Counted from the stretch's first letter, positions 1 through 13,020 are shown. The stretch is 64,000 nucleotides of DNA from Macrostomum lignano (GCA_002269645.1 NIVC01003216.1:1-64000); one strand, 5' to 3'. Translations and numbers: made by a program. The notes: generated by a model not told the origin, from the sequence alone.

Positions 1-772
1 TATTCGTATATTTGAATTTATAATTTTCTCAGCTTTTATGAATGGTATTTTGTGGCGGTCGTCAGCCTGTATACCAGGTATAGGTCTTTAACATATCTTA
101 CTGCAACTCCCCTGCAATACTAAACAGTAACTCAGACTGAAGGATGACGTACTCGATTTTCTTAGAAATGAGCTGGAGACCGATTAGGAAAGCGCATCTT
201 TCGTATCGCTGAGTATTTTTACGACCGATTTCGTCCATTGCGTAACTCGATTTGGTGTTCTCTAGAGAGCATATTAAACTCACTAGTGATACGACAAATA
301 TACTGTATGCGTTTTTTGCAAAGGTCTCCAGCTCATTTCATCGGTAAATTGATACCGAATTTGAAATCTGAGCCGCTAAAAAACCGTAGAAGGGCCAAAG
401 TAGTTTGGTGGCTTGTGACTCTTGCCACGACCAGTGTTCAGTTCGTTATTTATTTGGTTCTTTCACGAAAATTGTCCTGAGGCCGAAGGCTGTCGAGTCA
501 GCGGAATGGACAAAATTTCCTGAACGCTAGTTTCGGTGCCGCCGGAAGCGTTTCGCTGGGTGCCAGCAGCTCTAGTGATAATTAATCACTATTAAACCCC
601 GCAGCAATAGATTTGGACTATTTAAATTTTGGATTTTTAATGAATAAACTCACCAATAAGTTTAATTTCGCTGTAAGATTCTATTTCTTATTAAAATAAG
701 AAAGCTTGAAGCGCAAGCATCGAGTGTCAAAGGTTATTGAACTACGGATAGTCACGCCCAACCAACTTGCAG

Positions 773-2376
773 GTCATGGACATCACTATCAGTGTATTTG
801 TCCTGATGTTCACAATCTGTGCGGTAGTTGAAGCTTTCCTAACAATCGGCACACAGCGTCAGTTGCGTCGTCTGGATCAAAACGCCGCCGATGTTGCCGC
901 TCTGCTAGACGATGGTGGAGATCGTCGGAGAGCCGACGCCGATGAGGAGGAGAACGGCCGGGAGGTCAGGAAGACCAGCACCCCTGATCCCGGCGCCATC
1001 GTCACAGCTCTGGCGGGGCGCCAACCGGACACGCCATTGTGCGGCAGCGGATTCTCCGAAAGTATTCCTTCCGTGTGTGTGCGTGTGTATTAACCTACGG
1101 CTCGGGTCCCAGCCCGCCGAGGAAGGTCGACTCCAGGAAGGTGGACGTCTCAATTGGGTTGTTCCAAAGGTCACTAGGGCAGAGCGGCGTCGGATAGACA
1201 GGGCAGTCGAAAAGATGGACCACCGTTTGGGGCTCCAGACCGCAATCAGGACAGACCGCGGCGACGCCTGGTTTGATTCTCGACTGAAAATCCTGGAGAA
1301 GCGGGCAGAAACCGGAGCGGAGCTGCGCCAGTATGCACCGCATGCGGCGGGGGAGGCAAGTTTCGGAGCGATGGATCGCTGGCCGTTGTGTTTGAATAAC
1401 ACGGTTCTGTGGCAGGCTGTCCAGCATGGCCTGTACTGCCTGCGTATGCTGGGCCCGCCTGGCGCGATCCCAGGCAGCAGCGTCAAGGACGTCCGGGGCC
1501 GGAACCGGCGTCCAATCAGCATTAAAGTGTTCAGCCGTGAAGATGGAGGCTTTCATGAGTCTGCGCGGCGGCGGAAGGCCAGAAAGGTGGTGACAAGGGA
1601 GTTCAGGGCGTCTAGCGCGAAGCTTGAACTGGAGCGAAAGAAGTCGGTTGTGCTGGCGGACGGTAAGCAACTGGACTTCACTATGAAGATCCGCTTCAGA
1701 GGTAAGGGCAGTGCAGCCGGTGATGCCGCGAATCGCTGCATTCTGGACCGATTGCAGCCGCGTCCAGGACGAGTTGGAGATGATAGGGCCCCAGACCGGA
1801 GCAGCATAGTCGAGCAGGCTTCTGCCTAACGCTTTGAAGGTGGTCAGCAAAAGTTCCTTGCAGCAGCCCCAGGAGGAGCCGGCGAGACAGCGTAGCAGGC
1901 AGTTCCTTTTCCGGGTTTTTCCGCAAGAGTGGTAACGCTTCCAATGCAAACCGCTTTCGTCCGGCTTGCCGCAAGTGGGAGCGACCATGTTGTGCCCTTG
2001 GGTGCACTTGGCAAATGGTTTGCAACTCCCTACACCAGGGTATTCCTTCCGTAGACTCTTCTTCCGAATGTCAATCTCTGTTGTGACAGCTTTCTTTGCA
2101 TCCGCCAACTTCCTCAGCATTCTGGTGGTTGCTTTGATGTTTAGCATCGTAGAGTCCACGCTAAATCAGCCGCTTCGTCAAGCCTACAAGCCGACTTTAT
2201 TCACTCTGAAGTGGCAGATCATTATGTACTTTTTCCTCTCATTCTTTTTCTGTGGATTTCTCTGGTCAATGCAGGGCATCTACAGAGGTCAGGTGGATGG
2301 CATCTTGGAGCGTGCTCAGCGGATGGAGCAATTCCGGAAGATGAACCCAGACGAAGCAAAATATCTCATCTCTTAG
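773..2376 (+). pseudogene. Exon of a multi-pass membrane protein (possibly the last three helices of a 7TM receptor), interrupted by a LINE insertion and a frameshift
   Basis: Acceptor ttgcag|GTCATG at 772/773 precedes a hydrophobic helix (ITISVFVLMFTICAVVEAFL). Removing the insert between the TSDs 1062-1074 and 2040-2052 restores RILRKYSFRRLFFRMSISVVTAFF..., followed by two more hydrophobic helices and a stop at 2376. A frame change near 960-990 is needed. The receptor identity is inference. Confidence 0.45.
1075..2039 (-). mobile_element. 5'-truncated non-LTR retrotransposon (LINE), RT C-terminal region
   Basis: ORF 1095-2159 contains RKRNCLLRCLAGSSWG, TFKALGRSLLDYAAPVW, LQSVQNAAIRGITG and a C-terminal CPDC...HLFDCP knuckle. 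A (CA)-rich 3' tail lies at ~1075-1090. A 13-bp direct repeat GTATTCCTTCCGT flanks it at 1062-1074 and 2040-2052. Confidence 0.9.
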
Positions 2377-2897
2377 CTGCATGCGAGATATGTAAAAGCC
2401 TTCGCAAACCATATAATATTAGTAGTTACAAGTTATTTTTACAGCACTTTATGTTGAAATTACCTATAGTCATTATTTATCCACTGCTTCGAATAAGAAT
2501 TAAATACAAGCGTGAATTTTAAAATGCCTACGGAGTACTTTTTTACCCTTAATCACTTCTGGTTTTAACTTTTTTAAATTGCCTACTAATATGCTTTTAA
2601 ATTTGTTCAGAAAAATGTCAATGAATTTTCAATGACAGTAACAAAGGTCGTTCAGGATCAAAAACATGACAGCAAAAGGATTTTCTGAGACAGTTCCCAT
2701 GCGAACCTACTAGAAAAACTCCATTTTAAAAACTTATGAAACAGCTAAATCTGATTGGGGCGGCAATATTCCTCATTGGGATGTTTGCTGTAACCAATGA
2801 ACTATCAGGCATTGCAATTCTTAAACCCTTAACAGTTTTGCGACAATAGATGAGCTCTGCTTTCCAGTCCTTTCAGAACAGTTCGGAGCGCACAAAA

Positions 2898-4923
2898 ATG
2901 CTCGTACCATCGGTCATAGTTCTCGTTTTTCTGAAGCTACCCGTTTCTCTGACAGCCAGCAGTTCCGCTTTTTATCAACTACTGGAGCAGTCACCGCGTC
3001 CTGCCTGTCAAGGCCGCACCGCACCAATCGAAGAGGTGGCTTCGGTAGAAATAGCCGAACTGAATAACTCTCGAGCCTGTGCTTTGGCTTGCACCCTGGC
3101 TTTTGAAAACAATGACTCATGCTTTGCTTTCTACTTGTCCCAGTTCAATTCCTGCCGTCTGGTTGAATTTAACGTCCTGGTCAAGACGTGGCTTAACGCA
3201 TCTCTCTGTCCCGAGTCAGTCTACACTATGCCTATGCCTGGTGAGTGCATGTACCAAATATCTATCGCATACTTAATGGCACAGAGTTGAGCACGTTTTT
3301 ATCAGTTTCTAATAGTTCAAACGTGCATCACCGTTGGCAGCTCAGCTGATCAAATTTGTTTAAATTCGAGCTGAACCAACCCAGAGCAGACTTGAGCTAC
3401 TAGCGGTAATGTAAGCCGGCCTCAGTTGTCACAACCAAGAACTTGTCGGCACATTCGGCACGAACTCAAAACGACGACATAAAAATTGTGTTTACCGAGC
3501 ATGTGACAGCATATAGACCTAGTAACACTTCAAAACTATTGACAGTTTAGTAGGCATGACGATTGAGTGCCTAATTTCCCTCCAGCAATTACTACGCATA
3601 TTGAGATGTTAGCAGATTTTCCTGATAAAATCTACAATTTTTAATCTTCTATGCTTCCAAACATACTTTTACGTTTGATACCTTAAAGATTATTATTTTA
3701 CCTTACCCTTAGATCGTACACCCTGTCTACTGTATATGTGTCCTATCGTTCTACGAGCCATAACCTTTTGTGGGGAAACAATCTATCACGGCTAAAAATT
3801 GCATTATTTGCAGTCGAAAAATGCAATATTTGCTGAAGAATTTGTTTGACCAGGAAACTTGAGCTACCAGTTTGAATGAAAATCGGAACATTCTTTAGGA
3901 AATTCAATTTCAGCATTGTTGTCAACAGTCTGCTCCTGTGAAGCAAGCCGATAAAGTATTTTTTCATCTTTCATATTCATCGCTCAAATATTGACCAATC
4001 GATATCGAAAATATCTTTTCAGCAACGCGCATCTGAGAAAGCTATTCGTTTAAATACTCGTATTTTATATTAGGCTCAACTTGCAATATAAGGAACAAAT
4101 ACAGTAAGATTTTCAAGGGCTCTTACTCACATATGAGTATGTTTGGCGGCGGCCATCATACACACCAGATGGAGGCACGGAGGTATTTGCTAGTGTGTAC
4201 TCATACTTTGTCCATTTCTCGTGTTCCTTTTGTCGGTAGCCGGGACGCCCCTTGTGCGTCTGGTTGTAATAGAAAATAAGGCGATGGCGTACAGTGTGGC
4301 TGTTCAGCTCTCTTTTGTCGCAATAGAGGACAGATCCGACAACAAGCTTTTAAACTTTTGGCTAATGGCCCAAAAACGTGGCTCTGGTGATGATCAAGTA
4401 CTCGTAATCATTAACCCACGGAGCTACTAGTGATAATGCGAACCGGCCTTAAGGTTTGACCTTGCACAATCGAAAGCGTTACGCGCGCAATTCCAACGCT
4501 TATTCTAACCCATCAATTTCAGTTGAGACACGCATCAACCTGACCAACTGCCGGCAAAGCTCAGATCTCTGGGGCGGCGTCTGCTCCCGCCTCTTCGACG
4601 GCAATACTGATCAGAACTTTCGAAACGGTTACTGCAGCCACACGAGCGAGTCATCCAACCAGTGGTGGCAGACGGACATTGGTCCGGGCTATTACGTCAC
4701 CAAGGTTCAGATTTTCAATCGCCAGGACTGTTGCTCAGAACGACTCAATCAGCTTACGATCAGTGTGGATAGCCTCCAGTGCGTCGAATTTATCACCTCC
4801 GTTCCATTCTTTATTCGCAACTTCACCTGCGGTCGCTATGGCAACGTTGTGAAAATTCAAACTCCACTAAGCAAAGGTCTGGTAATGTGCGAGCTGTACA
4901 TCTTTGGAATTAGGGTTGCCTGA
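2898..4923 (+). CDS. Secreted PAN/apple + F-type lectin, copy 1 (exons 2898-3240, 4523-4923; 247 aa)
   Basis: Signal peptide MLVPSVIVLVFLKL; six-Cys PAN-like exon ending CCTG|GTGAGT; acceptor tttcAG|TT keeps phase 1. Exon 2 has the exact F-lectin motif H-X26-R-x-D-X4-R (SHT...NRQDCCSER). Confidence 0.9.
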
Positions 4924-6489
4924 ACTAGCATGGAACGGATGGATAATAAATGGTACAAAAATATGAGCGTAACAGATTGAATTTTGGGCTCTTTGAGTCT
5001 ACGTAATCTGCAAAGCCGTGATTGTCTATTTAAAAACAGATCAACGTTGATGAAAAATCGTCAAATATTTCTGCACCATATCCTACAAATTTATATTACC
5101 TTCGAAAAGAGCTTTATATGAGTAGCACTTATTTAGTATGCAGATCTTTCTAGGCATCAGTTTAAAATGCTACTATTCTTTATATTTCTGCCGCTCGTGT
5201 TGTCACACTGCGATCGAGACAATGCAGTCTTGTTTAAGCAGGCGATTAGCCTACTTTTTTTATCAATATTATCAGATCAGATAAAAGAGTAACTTTCAAT
5301 ATTTCCTTACCTGTTATATCACTGAAATTATCTATAACTTTGACATATTTGTTTTAATCAACCTTTTAGCTGACACACTGAATGCTGCATAAAATTTGTT
5401 TCGTCTCTACCCTCGTAGTTTAGTCAACTACTTAGCAGTAATACTTTTATTACCCGGTAAAACTGTAGTAATAAGCAGTGTGACCCAGAGATTTCCAAGA
5501 TAAATACTCGTATATTCAAAAATACAAGGTTGAATCAAATTCTATCTAGAACATTCTGGCTGTTCCAAGGCAAAATATAGTTACTAATAGTTTGTAAGCT
5601 TGGACTCAATATTTTATGAGTCAATATCAGTTCCATAGCAATCTCGAGAACTACCGCTTTTACGTCTTATTAATTTAGCACCGTTATAATGCTTCAATTG
5701 GATTTTAGAATGCCAATAGTAAAAAACTGCTTTGCCCATTAACGCAAGAGATAATATTCATCTATCAATACTATGAATAATTGAAGCAGATAGCTTAGAT
5801 AAATATAGATATACTCAGTATTGCTGGGAGAGTTTTAAAATAAACTAAGATTACCTGTTGCAGAAAGCGCGACCAACCGAACCAAACCGAATCTACAAGG
5901 ATATCAGCACGGAAAAGTTTTTCTCGTTAAATCAGATTTCGTTTACTTTTAAGAAAAGTATGAATAAATTTACTGACAAAAATATTTAATTAAAAATCTA
6001 AGACAGAGAAAAGTTTGTTTTATTTAAAACTTTGATTTCAATATAATTAATAGCTTCCATGGATTTGGATAAAAATGGCTACAAATTCTATTTTAGCTAC
6101 TGCTTTTTCTCCTAATGTATACTCAGCAACATACAAAAGTTGCCACTCTAGCGAGAGAGCTGAGGGGTAGCTTTAATTCGTCCAGCCTTCGCACAGCGCT
6201 ACCCCACTTCATTCCCCAACTCAAGTCTGCCTCGGCGTAGCTATAAGTTGTGCTGCTCGCAAAGATTGAGAGACTTTGCATGCACTCTCAAAAGTGGCGA
6301 CCACAGATGGGATTTTCTGTGATGGCGACTTTTCGATGTATCTGAGTAATATTGATTGTATTCCTTTCAGTAAGAAAACTTTCTGGAAGTTCTCGCAAAG
6401 TAAATTACCTAGGAAAGTAAGGATTACTTAGGTAATTACATGGGCTTTTTTTCAACTGGTTGAGCTGTTTTATTACCCAATTAACGTGT

Positions 6490-7006
6490 TGTAACGATGT
6501 TGATATTTAGTTGTTCGTAAATATTGTAATATGGTATTATTAATGTCTCCTTAGTATTGTATTAATTTATCTACTATTCATTAGCGAATTTTAAAGTTAT
6601 TCAATACGTACGCTTAAAATTTGTTTTACGGTATCTTTCATGGAAATATTGTTTAAATTATTTAAATATTTATTATTAAAAAGTAATATCTAAATTTTTT
6701 TATTTATTATTTATTATTTATTATTTATTATTATTTATTATTTATTGAAATAATTATTTAAAAGACTGTTAAATCGCGATTTTGCGCTAATCGGTCTCTT
6801 GTCTCGTGCTTTTCGGTTGGTCCGCCGCGTTGTGCCCGTTTGCAGTTGTTTAACATCAAAAAATTAACGGCGATAAAACTAAAAGTGTATCCTATCTCTT
6901 CAAATATATAGGATAAGACAAGTCAACTCGATTCGGCCGTAAGATTGTCTGATAATTTATTATTGTGCATAGCCGTCAGTACCGAACTCAGAAGGGTCTC
7001 GTCACA
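6490..7006. mobile_element. Solo LTR (517 bp)
   Basis: Termini TGTAAC...GTCACA with a 4-bp TSD GTGT on both sides. Both ends and an internal GTCCGCCGCGTTGTGCC block are shared with 59493-60871. Confidence 0.75.
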
Positions 7007-7278
7007 GTGTCAAGCGTAATTCAGTTGGATCCTTCGTCCATTTATCTGCCGTGATACCCCCCCCGGTCCTTCACGATTTATGTGTTTCGTGCAGAGATAA
7101 TGACGTCATGCTTTTTGTGTGAAACTAGATGACCCAAAGTTTTGAGCCAAGACTCGGATGAGTCTTCATACTAATTAGTGCCAGATTAAACAAATGCATT
7201 GCTCTGCCAAGTAGAAAGCAGTGTGAAATCCTTCCTGCCGTGCAATCCACTGTTTGCTTTCTCTTATTTGCAAAAATG

Positions 7279-7790
7279 AAAGCAGAATCTGAACAAAGCA
7301 ACGCCAGGCGTTGCACTCGCAATTCTGCAGCTGCTGTTGGTGGTGCTTCTGCAGGCAGCTCAACCGGTGAACTTGATCCCACCAGTCCCCGATGGCCAGC
7401 AGAGCGGAACTACTGAAACGGGCTGCAGCATCGAACAATTCGAGCCTCAGAGCGCCATCTGGATGAACCAGTCAGCTGATCCAATTAGCCTATGGAAATC
7501 TGGGAACCGAACAAAACAACTTTGAGCCCTTCTTCTGACAAATCTTTGCTCCCCAAGAAAAATTTGGCCACCAACACAACAAAGAAGCAGCCTACTGAAA
7601 GCAATCGGATGCACCCCATCGTATATGCACGCCACTATAGTTCTGCAGGTTTTAGAGCTGGCCACCAAGGCATTCATTGAGCTGAGCAAATTCAACCAAG
7701 CCAAAGGCGGACACTGCTGACCAAAATCAGCTTTTTTCTTCAATGATTAAATTTTGTTGACGAATGATCGATTTTTTTAGATGACGACTG
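7279..7790 (+). pseudogene. Degraded secreted-protein gene fragment, possibly leucine-rich repeat
   Basis: Signal-like LAILQLLLVVLLQAAQP, then a frameshifted ...ESNRM...LQVLELATKAFIELS segment homologous to 31961-32245 (37 bp identical). The LRR call is inference from LxxLxL spacing. Confidence 0.3.
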
Positions 7791-7830
7791 CGTTGCAGGT
7801 AAAATTGGCCACTGAGAAAGTTCACTAGCC
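7790..7830 (-). pseudogene. Small remnant of an F-type lectin exon (FSVANFTCNA)
   Basis: CGTTGCAGGTAAAATTGGCCAC is identical to copy 2 exon 2 near 10528-10549. Confidence 0.6.
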
Positions 7831-7879
7831 TTCCTTGTGAGTCGTTTTGGTAATCAATAATTTTTCTTCAGGGCGCCAA

Positions 7880-8290
7880 AATATAGCGCTTACGGCGCTA
7901 AAATGAGTTCCTGCGGCGCTAAATGAGTGTCTGAGGCGCTAAAATGAGTGCCTGCGGCGCTAAAATGAGTGCCTGCGGCGCTAAAATGAGTGCCTGCGGC
8001 GCTAAAAGAGTGCCTGCGGCGCTAAAATGAGTGCCTGCAGCGCTAAAATGAGTGCCTGCGGCGCTAAAATGAGTGCCTGCTGCGCTAAAATGAGTGCCTG
8101 CTGCGCTAAATGAGTGCCTGCGGCGCTAAAATGAGTGCCTGCTGCGCTAAAATGAGTGCCTGCTGCGCTAAAATTAGTGCCTGCGGAGCTAAAATGAGTG
8201 CCTGCGGCGCTAAAATGAGTGCCTGTGGCGCTAAAATGAGTGCCTGCGGCGCCAAAATGAGTGCCTGCGGCGCCAAAATGAGTGCCAAAA
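7880..8290. repeat. 21-bp tandem minisatellite (AAAATGAGTGCCTGCGGCGCT)n, about 19 units
   Basis: Directly visible periodicity; the same unit occurs inverted at ~46070-46170. Confidence 0.95.
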
Positions 8291-8419
8291 TTAAGAAAAC
8301 AAATTCTAAATTCTATTATTTCCTTTATATCGAACTGCCAATATGCTGCCGATCTCATAACAGCATTGTATTTTATGTGGACTTTTCATGGTCTACTAAC
8401 TTTTAGCTATACCCAAATC

Positions 8420-9060
8420 TCTATTCCTGGCTTTCCGTTGTCTTTTATTCAAGATTCAAATCTTAGATCCAATGTAGTTAATGCTCTTCACCTGTTCTAA
8501 ACCTACACAGTTAACCTTCACATTCACCAACTGATTCTCCGTGAGCTCCTCTTGCCAATCATCATGAAATTTACTCTTCTCAGTGCCAATTTCCATTCCG
8601 TATCTCTCGGTGGTTTTCTAAAAGCTTCTGTAAACATTTTTTCAGGCATATTTCTCCAGGACTTCAGAATCGTTATCAGCAAACCGGATATCATTTATCC
8701 GCCTCGCCGCGCATCTCGCGTCTCTACAATGGCCTTCAAGTGTTCCATGAATTTTCAAGAAACTATGTAAATAGGACAGGCTACAGCGTGCATCCTCTTC
8801 GTACATCGACAGTAGTCCAGAACCAGTGAGAACTTTAGATTTCGCTGCTTCGTACAAGCTCTTTATCAGAGCAGTTATCCCTTTCCCAAAATCAAACTTG
8901 CTCATTTTCCACGGTGCCTCATGGCAGACTCTACCAAATGCTTTCCTCATTTGCTTTCCTCTACCAAGTGATTTTCTCATCACCTTGAGTTCTGCCTTGA
9001 TGCTATCTTCTCCCGGTGCCTTTTTCTGCTTCAGTTATTTGATGGTAGCTTCAACGTAGG
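8420..9060 (-). mobile_element. Degraded RTE-like LINE reverse transcriptase fragment
   Basis: Minus-strand peptides KKAPGEDSI, AFGRVCHEAPWK, ALIKSLYEAAKSKV and RRINDIRFADND (YADD-like) match RT blocks; several frameshifts and stops. Confidence 0.7.
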
Positions 9061-9199
9061 AAAATACTCCTATAATAGGATCGATAAATAGGAAAATACA
9101 CAGTCGCCTAAATTGCTTGCAAAAACAATTCACAAAAAACTAACTTTTTTTAATAATCAACAACATAAAATTGTCGCCACCTTTGAGAGTTCGCAGTAA

Positions 9200-9880
9200 A
9201 TCCGGCTCAGTATCAGTAGCTCAGTAACGGCGGACGACCCAACCACACGAAAGTCGATCATTTTGGCCGAAACGCGACTGACCCGAATACGTGTCCGGTT
9301 CGTGCGATGGAGATGTACCTGGCAAAAATACCAGATGACGTCGGTTGTCTGTGGCCTAAACCGCAGGAACGAGGGTTTTCCATGGAAGGTTTCTGGTATC
9401 ACAAGAGCCTTGTACTCGGCAAACACTGGCTTAATGAGTTCATGAAGAAATTTGTGAGCTGGCGGACTGAGCAATCGTGCGCACACCAATCATTGCATAC
9501 GCGCCTCCGTTGTAACCAACTTGATGGAGGATGGCGTCAGCGTTTCCGAGATTCAAGCCGTGACCGGTCACAAACGAGCGGAGAGCGTTGAACATTACAA
9601 CAAGAGATTGAAGTTCTCCAAAAAAGTCAACCTATCCCGAGCAATCAGTGGGCGACTCTCTGGCACTGCGGAACAAACCCTGGCATCGGCTGGTCAGAGC
9701 GCCAGCAACGCGGGAGCAAGTTCGACTGCTGGATGCATCGTACTGTCACAAAATACGACTGCGTTGGGCATGCCTGGGTCAATTGTAGCTAACCAAGGCG
9801 TATCGATTGGTGCCAACCAGGCGAGCGTTTTTGAGAACTGCAAATTTGAGAATTGCACATTCAACATTACACCACGCTAA
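9200..9880 (+). mobile_element. Tyrosine-recombinase (Crypton/DUF3504-like) gene remnant, frameshifted
   Basis: TCPVRAMEMYLAKIP, LGKHWLNEFMKK, then after a frameshift HTNHCIRASVVTNLMEDGVSVSEIQAVTGHKRAESVEHYNK (H-x-x-R and H...Y catalytic boxes), ending FENCKFENCTFNI. Confidence 0.75.
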
Positions 9881-10446
9881 CTGACAGATGTACAATAACT
9901 ATTGAGGTAACTATTGATGAACTCTCCAGCCACATATCATTTTGAGCTTCCAAACGTTATTTACTGAATTATTTCGTTTACTTCGTGTTTCATTCCTGTT
10001 GTATTTGGTCTTGTGTTTGTTGGCAGTGAAATATACAGTGGCTATAAGTGATGAATTGAATATAATTGAAATATGCTTCAACCATAGACAGTGACGGCGG
10101 ACAAATGTAGAGCGTTTCAATCGCGTTTCAACCCAGGCAGCCTACCCATAACCGTTTATCTGCACCAATGCAAATAAATGAAATTTACACTGAGACCATG
10201 GACGTTCGCCCGGAGCAAGTGGAGGATACATAAAAAGTGAACACGCACCAAAATCTCGAGGTTCTCGAGGAAACCAAAAACGATGTACCAATAAACGACA
10301 GAAAATATAAGAGTGGACAAGAGATTTTAAGCGCAAGATCAATAAATTTTTGGTTTTTTACTGTCCGAAAATGTTCCGTACTTTGGTTGTTAAATTCAGT
10401 TTACTTCGAGTCCGTTTATTTGGCAGGATTAATCGGCATTTTAAAC

Positions 10447-11404
10447 TCAGTGGCCAAAAAACTCAATTTCGCATATATTCACTGCTTGCGACTGGGTGCT
10501 GTAGACCCGGAACCTGCTTCCAATAGCGTTGCAGGTAAAATTGGCCACAGAGTAGGAAACGTCGACGCGGTGGCACTCGACACCGTCCATTCTCAGCGAG
10601 AGCTTGTTCATTCGGCTAGTGCAACAGTCATTCCTATTGTAGATGGTGACGTACGAGACAAACACGGGCGTTTGAAATTGAGCTTCAAACCATTGATCAG
10701 CAGTATTTACAGTGTGGCTGCATGATTGTCCAGAAAATTTTGGATTTGTGTCACCGTCTATAGCTCGCTCGCAAACGCCGTTTAAGTAATTGCTGCTTTG
10801 AGTACATCCTACGGCATTAAGCTTCACGATATCTAAAATGATAGAGAATAGTTTGCACGCGCGTTGCAGCATAAAAGTATACGTAATAGCTATTTATTCT
10901 GTTATGACCGATGCAGATATAATTTAATACAATTAAATTACGTCGATATAATTATAGATTCAAGCATCGGTTTGGCCTTGAAAAAAGGACAAGTGCATCC
11001 AAAGTAATCTTTTTCTCGTCTTATTTGGCCTTTCCAAGTCTATTTGGGGTAAACTTCTATAAAAGAAAATCCCCTAGCTCACCGGGCATCGGTAGGACGT
11101 AAATCGACTCCGGACAGTGCGCAGTGTCAAGCCAGCTCTTTATGAAAGCGTCATATCTAACTAGTCGGCACCAGTTCGATTTCGTCATGTAAAATCCGAA
11201 GCACCACCTCGCCGTAGCCACAGTGCAGGCCAAGGCGCAGGCCGCTGCGTTATTCAGCCCGACCGGGTTCGACGCCACTTCAGGCGCAGGACTCGAGCTC
11301 GAACAGTCAGGAACAGGCGACTTTTGGAGAAGCTCGTAGCCACTAGAGCTCGTGGTGAACAGAGCGACCTGAGCGATCAGCAGAAACAGCAGCAGCGCTG
11401 GCAT
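10447..11404 (-). CDS. Secreted PAN/apple + F-type lectin, copy 2 (exons 11404-11083, 10832-10447; 235 aa)
   Basis: Signal MPALLLFLLIAQVALF; six-Cys PAN exon; donor CCCG|GTGAG; acceptor ttttAG|AT in phase 1; canonical H-X26-R-N-D-CCTS-R. Confidence 0.92.
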
Positions 11405-12090
11405 TTTGGGAGCCGGTTGTATGAAGCATCCAGGAAAACTTAGCTACTTACTTTATATCAACGTGAATGTAGCATCATGTGATTGAAAAAATAGCTATTT
11501 GATAAAACTAGCTATTGTTTTGAGTTCTTTTTTGAGAAGATTTTAACCAGCATGTGTCGCTGGATTATTTTACACAATGAACAAAAACATAATATAGTGT
11601 TTTTTTCCGGACTTGTATTGTTTAAAGCTACCGGAACAGCACGTAGGTGAAATTCGCTCGCCAGTGGCTCAGTTTTATAAGGATTTATTGTGTCTTAGAA
11701 GTGCTTTCTGGAGTCAACAGAAAACAATTGCGTAAAAAATTTTTTTCTGAATTTGCTGCTTACTGACAATATTCTGTGGTGTCATGGAAATGACAGTTTT
11801 TTAAATCGCAGAAATTCTTTTGAATGCGTAGAAAAAGTTGCCTATTGTTTTACTGGTACCTTTTACATCCAGTAGCACTTCCGGGTGTATAGGAAGTGAC
11901 AGGAAGTTTAAAAAACCAATACTACTAAAAATCTGAAAATTCTTCTGATGCATCATGGAATTCCTAAGCTCTTATGCAGCAGAAAACAATTGTTCTGGAG
12001 TCCCTTGTTGCTTCCTCAAGAATTTCAAAATTCACTGAGTTGTCACCCAATATTCTAGAGTTGTTGGGTTGTAGCCAGAGACTACTAAAA

Positions 12091-12395
12091 GGGTTGTAGC
12101 CTATTGGTTAGAGCGTCGGACTCTCGACTGAAAGGTCAGGTGTTCGATTCCCGACCCTACTCTGAGTTGTGTCCTTGAGCAAGGCACTTAACTCTGTATT
12201 AGTTCAGTTCACCCAGCTGTAAAATGGGTCCCAGCATTAGCTTGGGTAATTGAGGGTGTGTGTGACAACCCCCCCCCCAGTTCTTGGACTGAACAGCCCT
12301 ACGCAGCCTTCAGATGCGCCGCGCAATAGCTGCGGCTGAGCTGTCTGTTGCACATCTGGCCCAACTGGGGCAGGTATAATCGATTATTATTATTC
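12091..12395 (+). mobile_element. tRNA-derived SINE with CORE/Nin-like central domain
   Basis: A box TAGCCTATTGG and B box GTTCGATTCC, then GTGTCCTTGAGCAAGGCACTTAAC...CACCCAGCTGTAAAATGGG and a (TTA)n tail; a second copy is at 34246-34485. Confidence 0.85.
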
Positions 12396-13020
12396 GAGTA
12401 TTAAAGTATCTATCTAGAGTTTATATAGCTATTCATCGTACGATTTACTGGACTTTAATGTTAAACATGGATCGTCCCGGCAGCGAAGAGTGCCCGAGCA
12501 GCAAGGCACTGATTTCACTACTCTATGGCCCTACATGTAAGTCCTAAAGCGGCGTTTCCACTGGTCGAGACTGTCCGGTTTTCTCTTTCCCTTCTCATCT
12601 TTGTCTGGATTGGCTTTATATCAATTTACGACTCGTAGTTGGAGGGTTCAATGTTGAAAAAATGTTCTCAAATGTCGCCTTTCAACTGGCGAATAATGAC
12701 TTTTTTGTCTGCTCTCCCGCAATTGGCTCCTTAGACTATTCGTTTGCACAAATAAGCATTTTGCTTCCCAATTCTAGCAAATGAGAAAGAAACCCTGAAT
12801 ATCTGTATCAATTATTCGACTTTTATCTGAGAGACTGACAGTACTGACAATAATGGAGTCTGCTCAGAGCTAGGCAGATTGCCTTAAGCGTACAATATCC
12901 AAAAGAGATTTTTGCAGGGCCGGACCTCACTAGCAAATCGCCCAGACTCCATCATCACGAGACTTGTCGGGGACCCAGTTTACAGTGAAGTTGGCATTAC
13001 AGCTGGAATCAATAAGCATT

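Noticed and set aside
912-1829. 305-aa plus-strand ORF
   Set aside because: Mostly antisense to the LINE RT; no independent motif.
7880-8406. Regular array as CRISPR, or repeat ORFs as genes
   Set aside because: Units are head-to-tail with no unique spacers, there are no cas genes, and the context is eukaryotic.
12091-12165. tRNA gene (also 32889-32959 and 34410-34485)
   Set aside because: Cloverleaf pairing is poor and each runs into a repeated body; these are SINE heads.
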